Source: Jimgerdemannia flammicorona (Eukaryota). From it: a stretch of DNA of 34,045 bases. The position numbers and the translations under genes were made by a program. Positions within the stretch are counted from its first letter, which is position 1. Each line of letters begins with the position of its first letter. Shown here one piece after another: positions 16,520 to 27,779 of this stretch. The notes beneath the pieces are model-generated. The model made no database searches, was not told the origin of the DNA, and saw only the letters and a program-made list of their open reading frames with translations. The DNA lies in NCBI GenBank assembly GCA_003990765.1, contig RBNJ01000288.1, positions 1 through 34,045 on the forward strand. Reading direction: 5' to 3'.

Positions 16520-17910
16520 GGAATTGTGCCGCGTGGCCATTGTTTAATTATGTACAGTATGTGTTTTCCTTTTGTCTTTGCATGAGGTGCGGTTGCCATT
16601 GTGTCGTGGCGCGAGAATCTGGAGGAATTATTCCACTATAAATATAAATAGCACACCATTATCTCAGCCATAGAATAGAGTGTATTCTATGTAACTTTGT
16701 CATTCCCAACGTAAAAATTTAGATTTGTTGAATATGATAACCTTGTGATCCAGTTCGATGTGTGATGATACTTGGTGACCTTGGCCGCTTATCCCAACCA
16801 CTTTTAGACGATATGTGATGTTGATTTTGATTAGTGCTAAGGGAGTCATGTGAATCTCTGTTATGAAACGAATCTGGTTTCATTGCTTGGTCTGTGTACG
16901 AGGTTTTTTTTTAAAAAAAGGTTGACTCCTTAGCATTGCAATGCCTATATTCCGTTTGTTGGTTCCATCAGTGTTTCCAAGAATAAAGGGACATTGGCTA
17001 CCAGATGGTCGACACAAAGAATAAAAGACTGGGGCATGGAGACACTACATGAGGGCCTCGACCTTCTTTGACAGCATATAGGAGACTTGAACTCGAAGGA
17101 TATCTCCCTTTTTTTTCATTCCCACTCATCCCCTCCCCTGTGACAACTACCAGGCGCAAGAAGGAACATCAAAACTAGCAAGTGTCCCGGGTACCTACCG
17201 ATCAAATGTCCCTCGTGCTGTTCAACCGGTGGCTGGAGCTGGTTATTATATATACTTGCGATAGGATACAGCAGAAACGAAATTTTGGCCCAACCAACTC
17301 TGCATTCGCGAACGCCAACGATTCGCTATCACGGAGCAATGCATTCCTCGGTGTGCGTCGTCCGCCGATGTTGAAGCAGGCCGCTGTAGCTAGAGTGCCG
17401 GAACCTGCGATAGCACCTCGTGCTGAAGTTGCGACGTCGGAACGGCCAAGGATGGGGGTTTGCGATGGCCACTCGCCGCAAACTTTTCATCGCAGGCCTA
17501 ATAGTGTGGCTCGAATACATGAACTCACCAACTGAAAGAGTTCATTGAGTCATAATGACACTTTACGCCCAAAAATACAAGCCTCGCTATGCCCATTGAC
17601 TACGACGTCGAGTAGAGTAGAAATGGTCGAGGGCCCTCAAAAAAAAAAAAACGCGTCGGCGCTTATCAGAGACAGAGAAACTATGCACGACGGGAAATAT
17701 ATTCCTAAATTGTTACAGCAACACAAATGGCTATGATCGGTTTTTGCTACGTAAATACAACTTTTTTTTTTATTCACAAAATTAAATACTTATATCATTT
17801 AACACGTACAAATTTGTGAATTACAAATGCACATACAGAAAATTTACAACAACATCGTTAAAAGTGAGTGGAGTATTAAAAAAAAAAAAAAAATACGACA
17901 GGGAAGGAAA

Positions 17911-19386
17911 TCACTCGCGCATTCTCAGACGATATCTAGCTTGCGGGAATAAAGTAACAGCAGGATATACGTACTTTAGGAAACCACGATAAATCACACC
18001 ATAGTCAGTTCCGTTAATCGAAACGGCGCATGAATTCTCGTCTAGGTTCATATAGAAGGAAATAACATCGCCGCTACCAAAAGGTCTTATACAGACATTA
18101 TCATGAGTATCTAATGTACCTGCATATTTGAGTGTACTACTGAAGCCATTGGATTTTAATGCGCTCGAGAATTCGACCGCCAACACGTCTCTCTCCGTGT
18201 CAAAGGTCTCTCCTATTATGGTTTCTCCTACCATTCCGATCGTGTCTCGACCCAAGTTATCCACGACGCCTGTTGATTCAATAATAATGTCCCACTCACA
18301 AATGCCACCACCGCTTATAATGATCGGTTTGACTAGTAGCGCGCTTCTCGCTTGGGAGTTCGATCCAGGTTCGCCTTTCGGGTACTCTACCACCGTGTCA
18401 TTCTCGGAGAGGACAAGACCAGAACCGAGCTTCTTCGGATTCCAGCTATTTTGAGGTTTGCCACGGAATTCCGTCGGGTGACCTGAAGGACAGTGAATAC
18501 TTGTGCCGTAATGGCCGAGGAATACGAATTTTCCAATGATGTCATACATGCCGTCGATCGACTCCATCAGGCGTGCTAGGCGGTGAGCGCAGATGAGGCG
18601 AACGTTGATGTGCTGCATCATCCTTGATACGGAGTCTTCATTTTGGTCGTCAATCGGGTAGAGCTTTTTGTTCGGTTTAAGCGCAACGCTCTTTTCAATC
18701 ATGAAAGCACCGAGGGCTTTGTGACGCTCTTCATGATCTGATGTGTTTTCGCTGCTGGCCCAGGCCCATTCTATGACACATAGCAGCAAGTCGTTCTCCG
18801 ATGTTTTGAATTGAAAGTCGTTCGAGTCTAGCGTGGCCTTAAGTAAGAACTCGAGCGCGTCAGCGGAAAGCCCATTCAAATCACCAAGGACAAGCCGCCG
18901 AATGCGAAATGGTTTCAGGAGGATGTTATAAAGATCAATATTATGTTCGTTGGGATGCACGGCGGCAACAGCTTCATTTATCAACGAAGCCACCATATCA
19001 AGCTCTTTTGTCTCTTCCGCTTTCTCCATAACCAGCTTCATCAAGTTGGGCAACAGAAAAAAAGTCGCTGCACGATATGTTTGGATGACCAACTCGGGTG
19101 GCATTGGAAGGGCGGATTCGATCTCGCCGGTGTAGATGAATAGGAGAACGACACGAAGCGCGTCAGACTTGATCTCCCGGAGAGCGACCTTGTCCGCGTC
19201 CCGCTCACGCATTTCACCATAGAGCATCACGCTGAAGACCGCGCACCGCGCCGCGAGGACGCTACGCGTGGCGCCGAGCTCTACCCCGTCGGAGCAGATG
19301 AGCGTCACATCGTGGAACCGCGAGTCGTTAAGGAGAAGAGCCAGGTCAGCGCCGAGGTTGGTTCCGGGGTTGGTCGAATCAGGCAT
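17911..19386 (-). CDS. Intronless BTB/POZ protein with a C-terminal SPRY/B30.2-like beta domain, 491 aa
   Basis: N-terminal BTB (LLNDSRFHDVTLICSDG..ATRSVLAARCAVFSVMLYGEMRE..LLFIYTG), a BACK-like helical middle (SENDLLLCVIEWA), and a C-terminus CEWDIIIE..GDVISFYMNLDENSCAVSINGTDYG..VYPAVTL typical of SPRY-like folds. Confidence 0.85.
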   Translation of the reverse strand: MPDSTNPGTNLGADLALLLNDSRFHDVTLICSDGVELGATRSVLAARCAVFSVMLYGEMRERDADKVALREIKSDALRVVLLFIYTGEIESALPMPPELVIQTYRAATFFLLPNLMKLVMEKAEETKELDMVASLINEAVAAVHPNEHNIDLYNILLKPFRIRRLVLGDLNGLSADALEFLLKATLDSNDFQFKTSENDLLLCVIEWAWASSENTSDHEERHKALGAFMIEKSVALKPNKKLYPIDDQNEDSVSRMMQHINVRLICAHRLARLMESIDGMYDIIGKFVFLGHYGTSIHCPSGHPTEFRGKPQNSWNPKKLGSGLVLSENDTVVEYPKGEPGSNSQARSALLVKPIIISGGGICEWDIIIESTGVVDNLGRDTIGMVGETIIGETFDTERDVLAVEFSSALKSNGFSSTLKYAGTLDTHDNVCIRPFGSGDVISFYMNLDENSCAVSINGTDYGVIYRGFLKYVYPAVTLFPQARYRLRMRE

Positions 19387-19401
19387 GGTGTTGATGTTGG
19401 A

Positions 19402-19495
19402 AAGATGTGGAAGATGTGGAAGATGTGGACGTAGTTGTGAGTAGTTGTGAAGATGTGGAGGTAGTAGTTGTGAAGATGTGGAGGTAGTTGTGAAG
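19402..19495. repeat. Short compound tandem repeat (AAGATGTGG / GTAGTTGTGA units) immediately 5' of the BTB gene start
   Basis: AAGATGTGG x3 followed by alternating GTAGTTGTGA(AGATGTGGAG) units. Confidence 0.75.
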
Positions 19496-20268
19496 CTGCT
19501 GCGCCGCTCCTGCTAATTAATTACATGTATTACATGTCAACATTCTGGATGCGTCACATGACGCACCATTCTTAGTTACATCGTATTGTTGGCTATTATA
19601 GTTCAATGTTCAATGTAAGCATGAAGAGACGTAAAAATATTATGGTTGAGCTTCTAAATATATCAGTCAGATTTAACTAAGTCTAGTGTTCTGAATTCCA
19701 ACCCTGAATGACCCATGTCACGAAATGTTTTCTAAATAAAACATATTTTTGATCCAGAGAAAAGCAGTGATATTTAGAGATCAGAAATTGGTTGGAAAGG
19801 AGGGAGGTTCGGCAGACTTTAGTGAAAGAGGTCGTAGGCATTCTCCTTTTGGATTTTGAGATCAGGCAGATTTTTCGTCGATGGTTCCAGTGAGATTTTT
19901 TCAATTTTTTTATTGGAATACAGCAAAAGCTGTAAAAAAAAAAAAAAAAAAAAAAAAAGTTGATGCATACTCAAGGAATTCACAGTTGGCATTTGAATGA
20001 GATATACTAAGATCAGCCCAAGGGTTCACGGGGTTGACACCTAAGGCCTTAGAGAAACGGAGGTTGAACGATCAATGGGAGCTCTGTCAAATCCAAGATA
20101 GGGGGTCCTCTAGGTGTGTAGGATTGCCTCCTCCCTTCAAGCATTCGGTTTCCTTGGTGGAGAGGCGAAAAGTAGGTTATGAGTTTGAGACGGTTCTGCC
20201 TTAGCTTGTGTAGTATATATATACAAAATTGATTTCTATTTATATCTCCATTTATATATAGAAGCTCA

Positions 20269-20308
<40 letters not shown>

Positions 20309-20851
20309 GTCTCATAGTCCCATGGATTTTTATTTTAATAGAACCTATACTATATATTCCAAATCCCTCCTCCACCTCCCTCTTATTTATTTCCCCTCTT
20401 TTTCTTTTTTTTTTATATTATCCAGCAGTCCCACCACTCTAGCTATGTCTGTCAAACACCGGCTATATCAACCCCCATAATATAGAATAGACTTGTCTGC
20501 TCACCAGGGCTGGATCATCATTTACACATGAGAGCACACCTACATGTTGGATCTAGCAGTGCTGGGACTGAATAAAGAATAGCCCTCTGAACCCCAAAAG
20601 AAAGCCCAAGGCAAAGAAAAAACCCCCCAACCAACTAATAGAGAGTAAAGTAGATTTAAAGTAGGTGAGTAAAGGACTTACATATAGCACCTTCCTCAAA
20701 GGACTTATATATGGGCTAGGGCCTGAAGAGACCCCACTCTTACTCCTCAAGTCTGTGGGCCTCAATTACATTACCATGTCAGCTCCCGGTTCCAGTCAGG
20801 TACTGCTAAATGAGGAAGGTCCCACTCTCCAAGCCTGTGAGCCTCGATTGC

Positions 20852-22906
20852 TGTAAGAGAGTTGTTTTTTAGGGTAACTGTTATGTAGTTCTAGAAGGGT
20901 TTTCTAGAAGTTCTGGATGTTCTAAAAGACTGTTTTCTTATAGTCAAGATCAATTTTGTATAGAGTACGTCCTCTATGCTTATTGATTTCAAGATCAGGT
21001 TGACATCTCAACCAAAGTCCTTTTTTGGACTAGTTCTAGATATTCAGAATTTTCTGTATTTCAGGAAGTTCAAGAAACTAAGACCAGCTTAGTTGAATTG
21101 ACATATCGCTGCAGACAATATCTAATTAGAAAATTTCATAATGGGGTTAGGAGTGGGACCTAACAGGGAGTAGATTTACTTAAGAGTGGTTTGTGGATTA
21201 TTATATAGGTTTATTTGTTATTTATGATATTACTATACTAGGAGTAGTTGTGTAAAGGGATATTGTGGAGAAGTATTTAGGAGTGTTCAAGTCTGAGATT
21301 CTGAGGTCTGGAGTAGGGGGTATTTATACTAGTGAGGGGCTATCTGGACTATGCTGAATATAAATGTAGCACTAAGTACCTTGCTGAGTCAGAATGCAGT
21401 CACATAGTATAAGAGTGATCTGACATGTCAAGAGATTGTTTGACTGCTGAGTCAGTTCACAGTCATGTTGTACAAGACTAATCTAACTATACTATGACTG
21501 CTAGGCTATTTATGATTTAGGCATTGTCTGGATAGTCTTCAATAACATCACCATTGATGATATCATCTCTGATGAAGTAGTTGTCTAGGAAGAGTGGTTC
21601 ACGGATTACTTCTTCTTGTTGGCTGAGGTAATAATACATTGGAACTTCATCTCTATTCCACAGAATTGTATCATCTGTTTTGCATGCTGGATAAGGTGTT
21701 GATGAGTGAAGGAGTGGTGCATCATCTTTGCTTTCATTGGTTTTGCTATCTGCATACCTTCTATAGGTTACAGCACTATAAGTTGCAGAGTTATAGTATA
21801 CTGGTGGCTGTGGTTCATATTGCTTATACTTGGATGGTAGAGTGGTTAGTTCAATCTTGAGGGTTGTCTGAAGATACAGGTTATATTCTCCAGTCTCTTC
21901 ATTGTAGTTGAAATAATCAGGCATAAATGCGGATTAGTATTCATACCAATGGTCATTATCTCAATAGGTCTCGTATGTGGTTATAAACTGTTGTAAGTTT
22001 ATTGACAGAATTGACAGCATGATCAGGGTTGGTAGAGATTCTTGGCTTGAGGTCATATCAGCATTAGAGAGATCATTGTCTTCTGCTTCATCTTCATCAA
22101 AGTAGATTATATCATAGACGTCCTTCATGGTATATCTGACTTGGGGCATTTGTAGGATATGATCGTTGGGGTGTGAGAAGGTTCTGTCTGTGGTTTCAAC
22201 ATACTTGAGGTACTTGTGATTGAGTTCTTATACATATCATATCATCAATTTGGCCATAGGACAGGGTAGCAACTATTTCAGCTGTAGTAACTCAGAGGTG
22301 GGGAATAACAGTGCTATACTTATAGAAGAGTTCTCAGTATTTGTGGGCAATGAGCTTCTGGTGTTGAGATATCTGGGTAATGTCTGTATCATAGTGATGT
22401 TCAACTATGTCTTCCAGGAGGTAGCTGATCTGGTAGTAGCTTGAGATTTGTCTGATTTGATAGACCTTATTAAGCATGTTCAGGGCATTCTATTGGGCTT
22501 CTATGAAGTAGAGGGGTGCTAGGCTATGGATATTCATGAGGGGTAGAGGGGGTGTGGCTTGGTTGACAATGGCATTCCAAATGTCAGTGTGGATGCAGTT
22601 ATAGATCTCAGTAATCATATTTGTATGTTTGGAAGTTGTAGTTGTTATTTGTTTTAGTTCTCTGTTTTGACATATCTTGGGGCTCAGTATATATACATTG
22701 GGTCCTGATTGGTAAAATTTTGTTTATGTGAATCTTGTGTTCTGTGACTTTGTATTGACTCAGCTTTGTGCACTGTAACTTCGGTTTGACTCAGCTTTGT
22801 AATTAAGCAGGTGATTTCCAGATTTGTTTGGAGGTTGCATGTGATTTCAGTAGCTTGTTCAGAGGGTGACATGTGATTTTAGTAGCTTGGAGGTTGTGTG
22901 CTTACA
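20852..22906 (-). repeat. 3' LTR (2,055 bp)
   Basis: Direct repeat of 29733-31793 with TG..CA ends. It differs mostly by transitions, plus a 10-nt deletion near 21288 and a 4-nt insertion near 22230. Confidence 0.95.
21517..22618 (-). pseudogene. U3-encoded accessory ORF, 3' LTR copy (stops plus a 4-nt insertion)
   Basis: ORF-track fragments 21961-22149 and 21517-21924 are collinear with the 5' LTR copy; ATG at 22618. Confidence 0.75.
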
Positions 22907-22921
22907 ACTCTCCTCTTCTTA
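22907..22921 (-). other. Polypurine tract
   Basis: Minus strand TAAGAAGAGGAGAGT directly abuts the TG of the 3' LTR. Confidence 0.85.
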
Positions 22922-23044
22922 GCTTTTGACGTCCTTGTTAGGACCATCTTATTTTGTTTGAGTTCTTGATTTCATTTGTGATAATTATAATGTTCAGGAG
23001 GGTAATATATAGTATATACTGATAGGTATTGGAGTATTCAGATT

Positions 23045-26000
23045 TCAGTTGTTCAAGAAATCATATTCCTGAACTAAGTTGGTGGCATTCTGGAGATTGG
23101 TGTTGGGTTCCTAGGTTGCATCATGGATTGGGTAACCTTTCCATTTAACAAGGTACTCAGGGTGGTTCTTGTGGCCATGTTTGTTGAGAATTTGTTCAAC
23201 TTTGTACTCTTCTTGGTCATTAATAATGACTAGTGCTCCTAATGAGTCAATTTAATCCGGATTGGATTTGGATTGATTCTGATTGAATCCCATCCGGATC
23301 AACTCAGATGGGATTCGAATCCCATCCGGATGGGTTCGAATCAGATTCGAATCAGATTCTAATCGGATTCGAATCAACCATTGTTTTGGTTTCCAAATTA
23401 GACAATTAAATGTTTACATCAATAACTTGATGAATAATTATCCAAATTTGATGATCTTGGTGTCATTTGAAAGCCCTTAATAAGGCCTATCTAATGATAC
23501 CAAGAACATTGAAATCCGATCATGCGTTGCTGATTTATAAAGGAAAACGTCTGAATCGCCGATTTTGGAAATTCTTTGATTTGCCGATTTTGGAAATTTC
23601 GTCAAATGGAACGTTTTCCTTAATATCTCGGCAACACGTAATCCGAATTTAATGTTCTTGGTATCATTAGAAAGGCCTTATTAAGGGCTTTCAAATGACA
23701 CCTAGATCATCAAATTTGGATGATTATTCATCAAGTTATTGATGTAAACATTTAATTGTCTAATTTGGAAATCAAAACAATGGTTGATTCGAATCCGATT
23801 TGAATCCGATTCGAATCCATCCGAATCCCATCCGGATTGACTCGTTCAGAGCACTAATAATGACAGGTGCAGGTGGTTTGGTAGTTCGGTTCAGAAACAG
23901 TTCATAATCATTTTCATTGTATTGCTTGAGTCATTGAACATTAAAGACTGGGTGAATCTTAATGGTGTCTGGTAGTGCCAATTTGTAGGAGGTCAGAGAG
24001 ATTTGTGCAATGACTTCAAATAGTCCAATGAACTTACTGTTCAGCTTTGTAGATGGTCTGTGCTTGAGGTTGTCAACTCAGTATCCTCAGATGTCTAGTA
24101 GAACTTTTTCTCTAATATTAAAGGTTTCTTCTTAGCTGTATTGGTTAATATACCATGACTGTTGTTCTTGAGCTCATGATAAATTCTCAATTGTGATTTA
24201 GCTTAGATTATGCATTCGGAGCAGAAATTCTTCAACAGCTTCGACTGTAGAGGGTTCTTTGGTAGTTCAGATGAGTGTCAAAGGGGTGTTTGGGTTTTGT
24301 CCAGTATTGGTAAAGAATGAGATCATTCCAAGAGAGGCTTGCTTATTGTTGTTATAGGCAAACTCGACTGCGGTGAGGTGTTCATACCAATTATCTTGTA
24401 AATATAGTTCCTTAGCATTTGTTCCAGAGTTCAGTTCATTCTTTCAGTTTGGCCATCAGTTTCAGAGTAAAAGGCTGTAGATAGTACAAGTTTTGTTCCA
24501 AGATATACATAGAGAGCTTTCCAAAAATGGCTTGTGAATTTTGGATCTCAGTCACTAATATTGATCTTAGGAAGACCATGATAGTGAAAGATGTTGTCAA
24601 ACAAGAGTGTGGCTATATCTGGTGCTGTTGCAGTAGTGGTGGTTGGTACAAAGTGGGCTTGTTTGCTGAGATAATCCATGAAGATAACAATTGCATTCTT
24701 TCCGTTCTTGGTTCAGGGTAGTTATACAATGAAGTCTATAGAGATTTGTTCCCAATTAGTGGATAGTACTGAGATAGGGTGGAGTAGACCAGGTTTTGCT
24801 AGTGTTGAGGACTTGTTTCATTAGCAGGTATTACAGAAAGTGATATAGCTCTTGAGCTGATCTGCCATGCAGGGCCAATAGAAGTTTCAAGAGATAACTT
24901 CATAACATTTATCAAATCCTAAATATCCAGCTATAGGAGTATCATGACATTCGAATAGGATAGTCCTTCAGAGATCTCGGTTGTTTGGAACATACAGTCT
25001 GTCCTTATAGTAGATAGTATTGTCCTTTAGTTGGTATTGATGATACTGTATATGCTTGTTGGCATCATCACTATTCAGGATTTCTCAGAGTGCTTGAGCT
25101 TCTTTATCATCAGTATATGCTGTGATAATTTATTCCATGATGGAGTTTGTAATCAAGGTGAGGGTTTGGATAACTTCTTCGATTGGTGGTCTGGAGATTG
25201 CATTGGTGACAATGTTTTCCTTGTCAGGGTGGTACTGGATTTCATAGTCAAAGTTGGTGAGGACTTTTATCCATCTGGCTTGCTTTCAAGAAAGGGTAGT
25301 CTGTGTCTTGATGTTGACTAGTGACTTGTAGTCAGTCAATATAGTGAAGTGTGCTCCTTTTAGGTATAGTCGCCATTTGATCAGAGTATCTACAATGGCT
25401 AGCATTTCCTTCTCATGAGTTGCATAGTTGGTTTTGGCATCATTGAACTTGTGGGAGTGATAGGCCACAGAGTGTCCTTTTTGCATGAGTACTGCTCTAA
25501 GGGCTAGATCAGAGGCATTAGTAGTGACTTCATATGGTAGGGCAGGATTGGCTGCCTAAAGTATTGGAGTGGTTATCAAGGTATCTTTCAATACTTGAAA
25601 GGCTGTATCTTGTTCAGGTCCCCAATTAACAAGATTGTTGAAGTCTTTCTTGCTGTACTTGATTATTTGGGTGAGAGTGGTAGCGATTTTAACAAAGTTG
25701 GCAACAAATCACCTGTAATAGTTTACTAATCCCAGGAATGACTGGAGGTCTTTCAGCTTCTTGGGTCTGGGCCAATCTTTAATAGTAGAGATTTTGCTGG
25801 GGTCCACTTTAATTCCATTTAGTATGACAATATGTCCAAGGAATTGGATTTCTTTTAGGAGAAATTCACACTTGCTGAGTTTTACAAAGAGTCAGTTTTC
25901 TTAGAGTTTCAGTAGTACTAGTTCAAGGTGTTTGAGATGTTCCTCCAAGGGTTTGCTAAAGACTAGGATGTCATCAATGTAGACAATAACGAATTTGTCC

Positions 26001-27196
26001 AGATATGGGTGCAGGATAGTATTCATCAGGGTCTGGAAGGTTGCAGGAGCATTAGTTAGGCCAAAGGGCATAACCAGGAACTCAAAGTGTCCATAGCGAG
26101 TTTGGAAGACTGTCTTGTAGATGTCTTCTTCTTTCATAGCAATTTTCTAGTAACTATTTCACAGGTCAAAGGAGCTCATAAATTGTGGGTTGGTAAGTCT
26201 ATCAAATATTTCATTGATTCTCGATAGTGGGCAACAGTTCTTGATGGTCTGTTCATTGAGGTCACAGTAATCAATGCACATTTGCAGGTCTCTTCCTTTC
26301 TTGACAACAAAGAGGACTAGTGTACCATAGAGTGATATACTGGGTCTAATGAATCCTTATTCTAGGAGTTTGTCAATTTCCTTCTTGAGTGCATCAATTT
26401 CTCTCAGAGATATGTGGTAGATTGACTTGAAGGCTGGTTTGGCATCTGGGATAGTCTTGATAGTATGGTCTACTGCTTGTTTGGGAGGTAGGCCTTTCAG
26501 GAGCTTCTTTGGGAATATGTCTTGGAATTTCTGGAGTAGTGGTCTGATACAGCTGTCCACTTTGGAAAAGTCTTCTTCAGAGTTTTCGGGTTCTCCTTTG
26601 GATGGGCAGATGGAGATGGCAAAAAGAGGGCATTTCTTGGCTAATTTCTTGAGTTGTAGCTTATTGATGTGGGTGATCTTTGGTCTAGGGTCACTAGAGT
26701 TGAGTGGGTCCTTTTCACCTTGCAGTTTGAAGTTGTGGTATCCTTTCTTGATGGTCAGGGAATGGTTTACCCAATCAATCATGGGGTTTTCTTGTTTTAA
26801 CCATGGAGTTCCAAGGATGATTTCATTGTCAGAGAGTGGTATGATCTGGAGGATAACATGTACTCGATAGTCACCAATTTGGAAGAGCAGGTTGCAGACT
26901 TCCTTGCTAATAACATGTGAGGTTCCATCAGCTGTAGCAACTGTTTGTGTTTGTTGTACTAGAGAGGTGAAGACCTTGAGTCTGTTGGCTGTTTCTTCAT
27001 TGATGAAGTTGCCTGAGGCACCACTATCTATCATAATCTTGACAGGTGCTCGGTTGACAAAAGCTTTGAGTATAAGCAGTTTGTCCAATCCAATGGTGGT
27101 GATTTCAGTTGTAGGAGTTTTCCTTCTGTTAGTTCTTCTTTGGGCCAGTTCATTGACACAAGAGAAGTAATCATCAATCATTTGGAAAGAGTACAT
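23045..27196 (-). pseudogene. Degenerate pol: aspartic protease, reverse transcriptase, RNase H, integrase, chromodomain
   Basis: PR IDSGASGNF (DSG 27028-27020). [26 protein letters not shown] (YIDD 25981-25970). RH TTNASD..NYATHEKEMLAIV..TDYKSL. IN ECHDTPIAGYLG..YWP..CNTC and WEQISIDFI. Chromodomain PPAPVII|NDQEEYKVEQIL..EYLVKWKGYPIHDAT*EP. Many in-frame stops are explained by CGA/CAA/TGG transitions. Confidence 0.95.
23231..23856. mobile_element. 626-bp palindromic non-autonomous DNA transposon (MITE), hAT-like, inserted at the start of the chromodomain
   Basis: TIRs TAGTGCTC..GAGCACTA; perfect 8-bp TSD ATAATGAC at 23223-23230 and 23857-23864; inverted arms of ~250-300 bp; subterminal GATTCGAATC/CCGGAT repeats. 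An 8-bp TSD with TAG termini is typical of hAT elements. Confidence 0.92.
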
Positions 27197-27297
27197 TCCA
27201 ATACCATGGGGTATCAGCCACTTGGTACATATCCATCTTTGATTTTCTTGTAGAATTGTTCTTCTTTATTCATAGTAGGTTGGGCTGGAGCCTTATT

Positions 27298-27708
27298 TGA
27301 TAAGCCAAATCCTTTGGATCCTCAGATGGTAGGTAGTAGTTCAGGGACTTCCTTGACTGTCAGGGTTGACTTAATTTTTTCAAATAGAATCTGGGCGATG
27401 CAGAAACCAATAGGGATCTTGAAGGGCATCTAACTGTGGTTTTGGATGAGAACAATAATTTCACCTGTGTAATCTTCATCAATGACTCCTCCTTCTACTG
27501 AGAGTCCTTTTAATGCTAGACTGCTGTGACAGCATATTCTTCCAATATGTCCTTCAGGGATTTGGATACTGATTCCTGTATAGACTTGTTTGACTTCTCG
27601 GTTGGAAACTGTAGCTTCTTCAGCTGCATACAGATTATATCCAGCTGCTTTTTGACTTTCTTTGGTTGGGGCCTTAGCAGTTTGTCTTAACTTAACAAAG
27701 TTCAGTAT
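27298..27708 (-). pseudogene. Trimeric-type dUTPase domain in the gag reading frame
   Basis: ILNFVKLRQTAKAPTKESQKAAGYNLYAA..TGISIQIPEGHIGRICCHSSLALKGLSVEGGVIDEDYTGEIIVLIQN..FCIAQILF..I*GSKGFGLS. All five dUTPase motifs are recognisable, with transition-type damage (D>N, R>H, R>C, R>*). Confidence 0.93.
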
Positions 27709-27779
27709 TCTGGTGGTCAGGTTATTGAGGTGGTGCAGGGTGGTAACAGTTACTCATATTGCTGTTCAGGGGTTTCGGT

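Noticed and set aside
17182..17736. ORFs 17182-17535 and 17545-17736 between RPC2 and the BTB gene
   Set aside because: Non-ATG starts and no motif or splice support; treated as intergenic.
19402..19495. CRISPR-like appearance of short repeats here and of the GATTCGAATC units in the MITE
   Set aside because: No unique spacers of constant length, no cas genes, and a eukaryotic context.
19934..19958. 25-nt poly(A) run as the tail of another retro-insertion
   Set aside because: No flanking TSD or element body could be identified.
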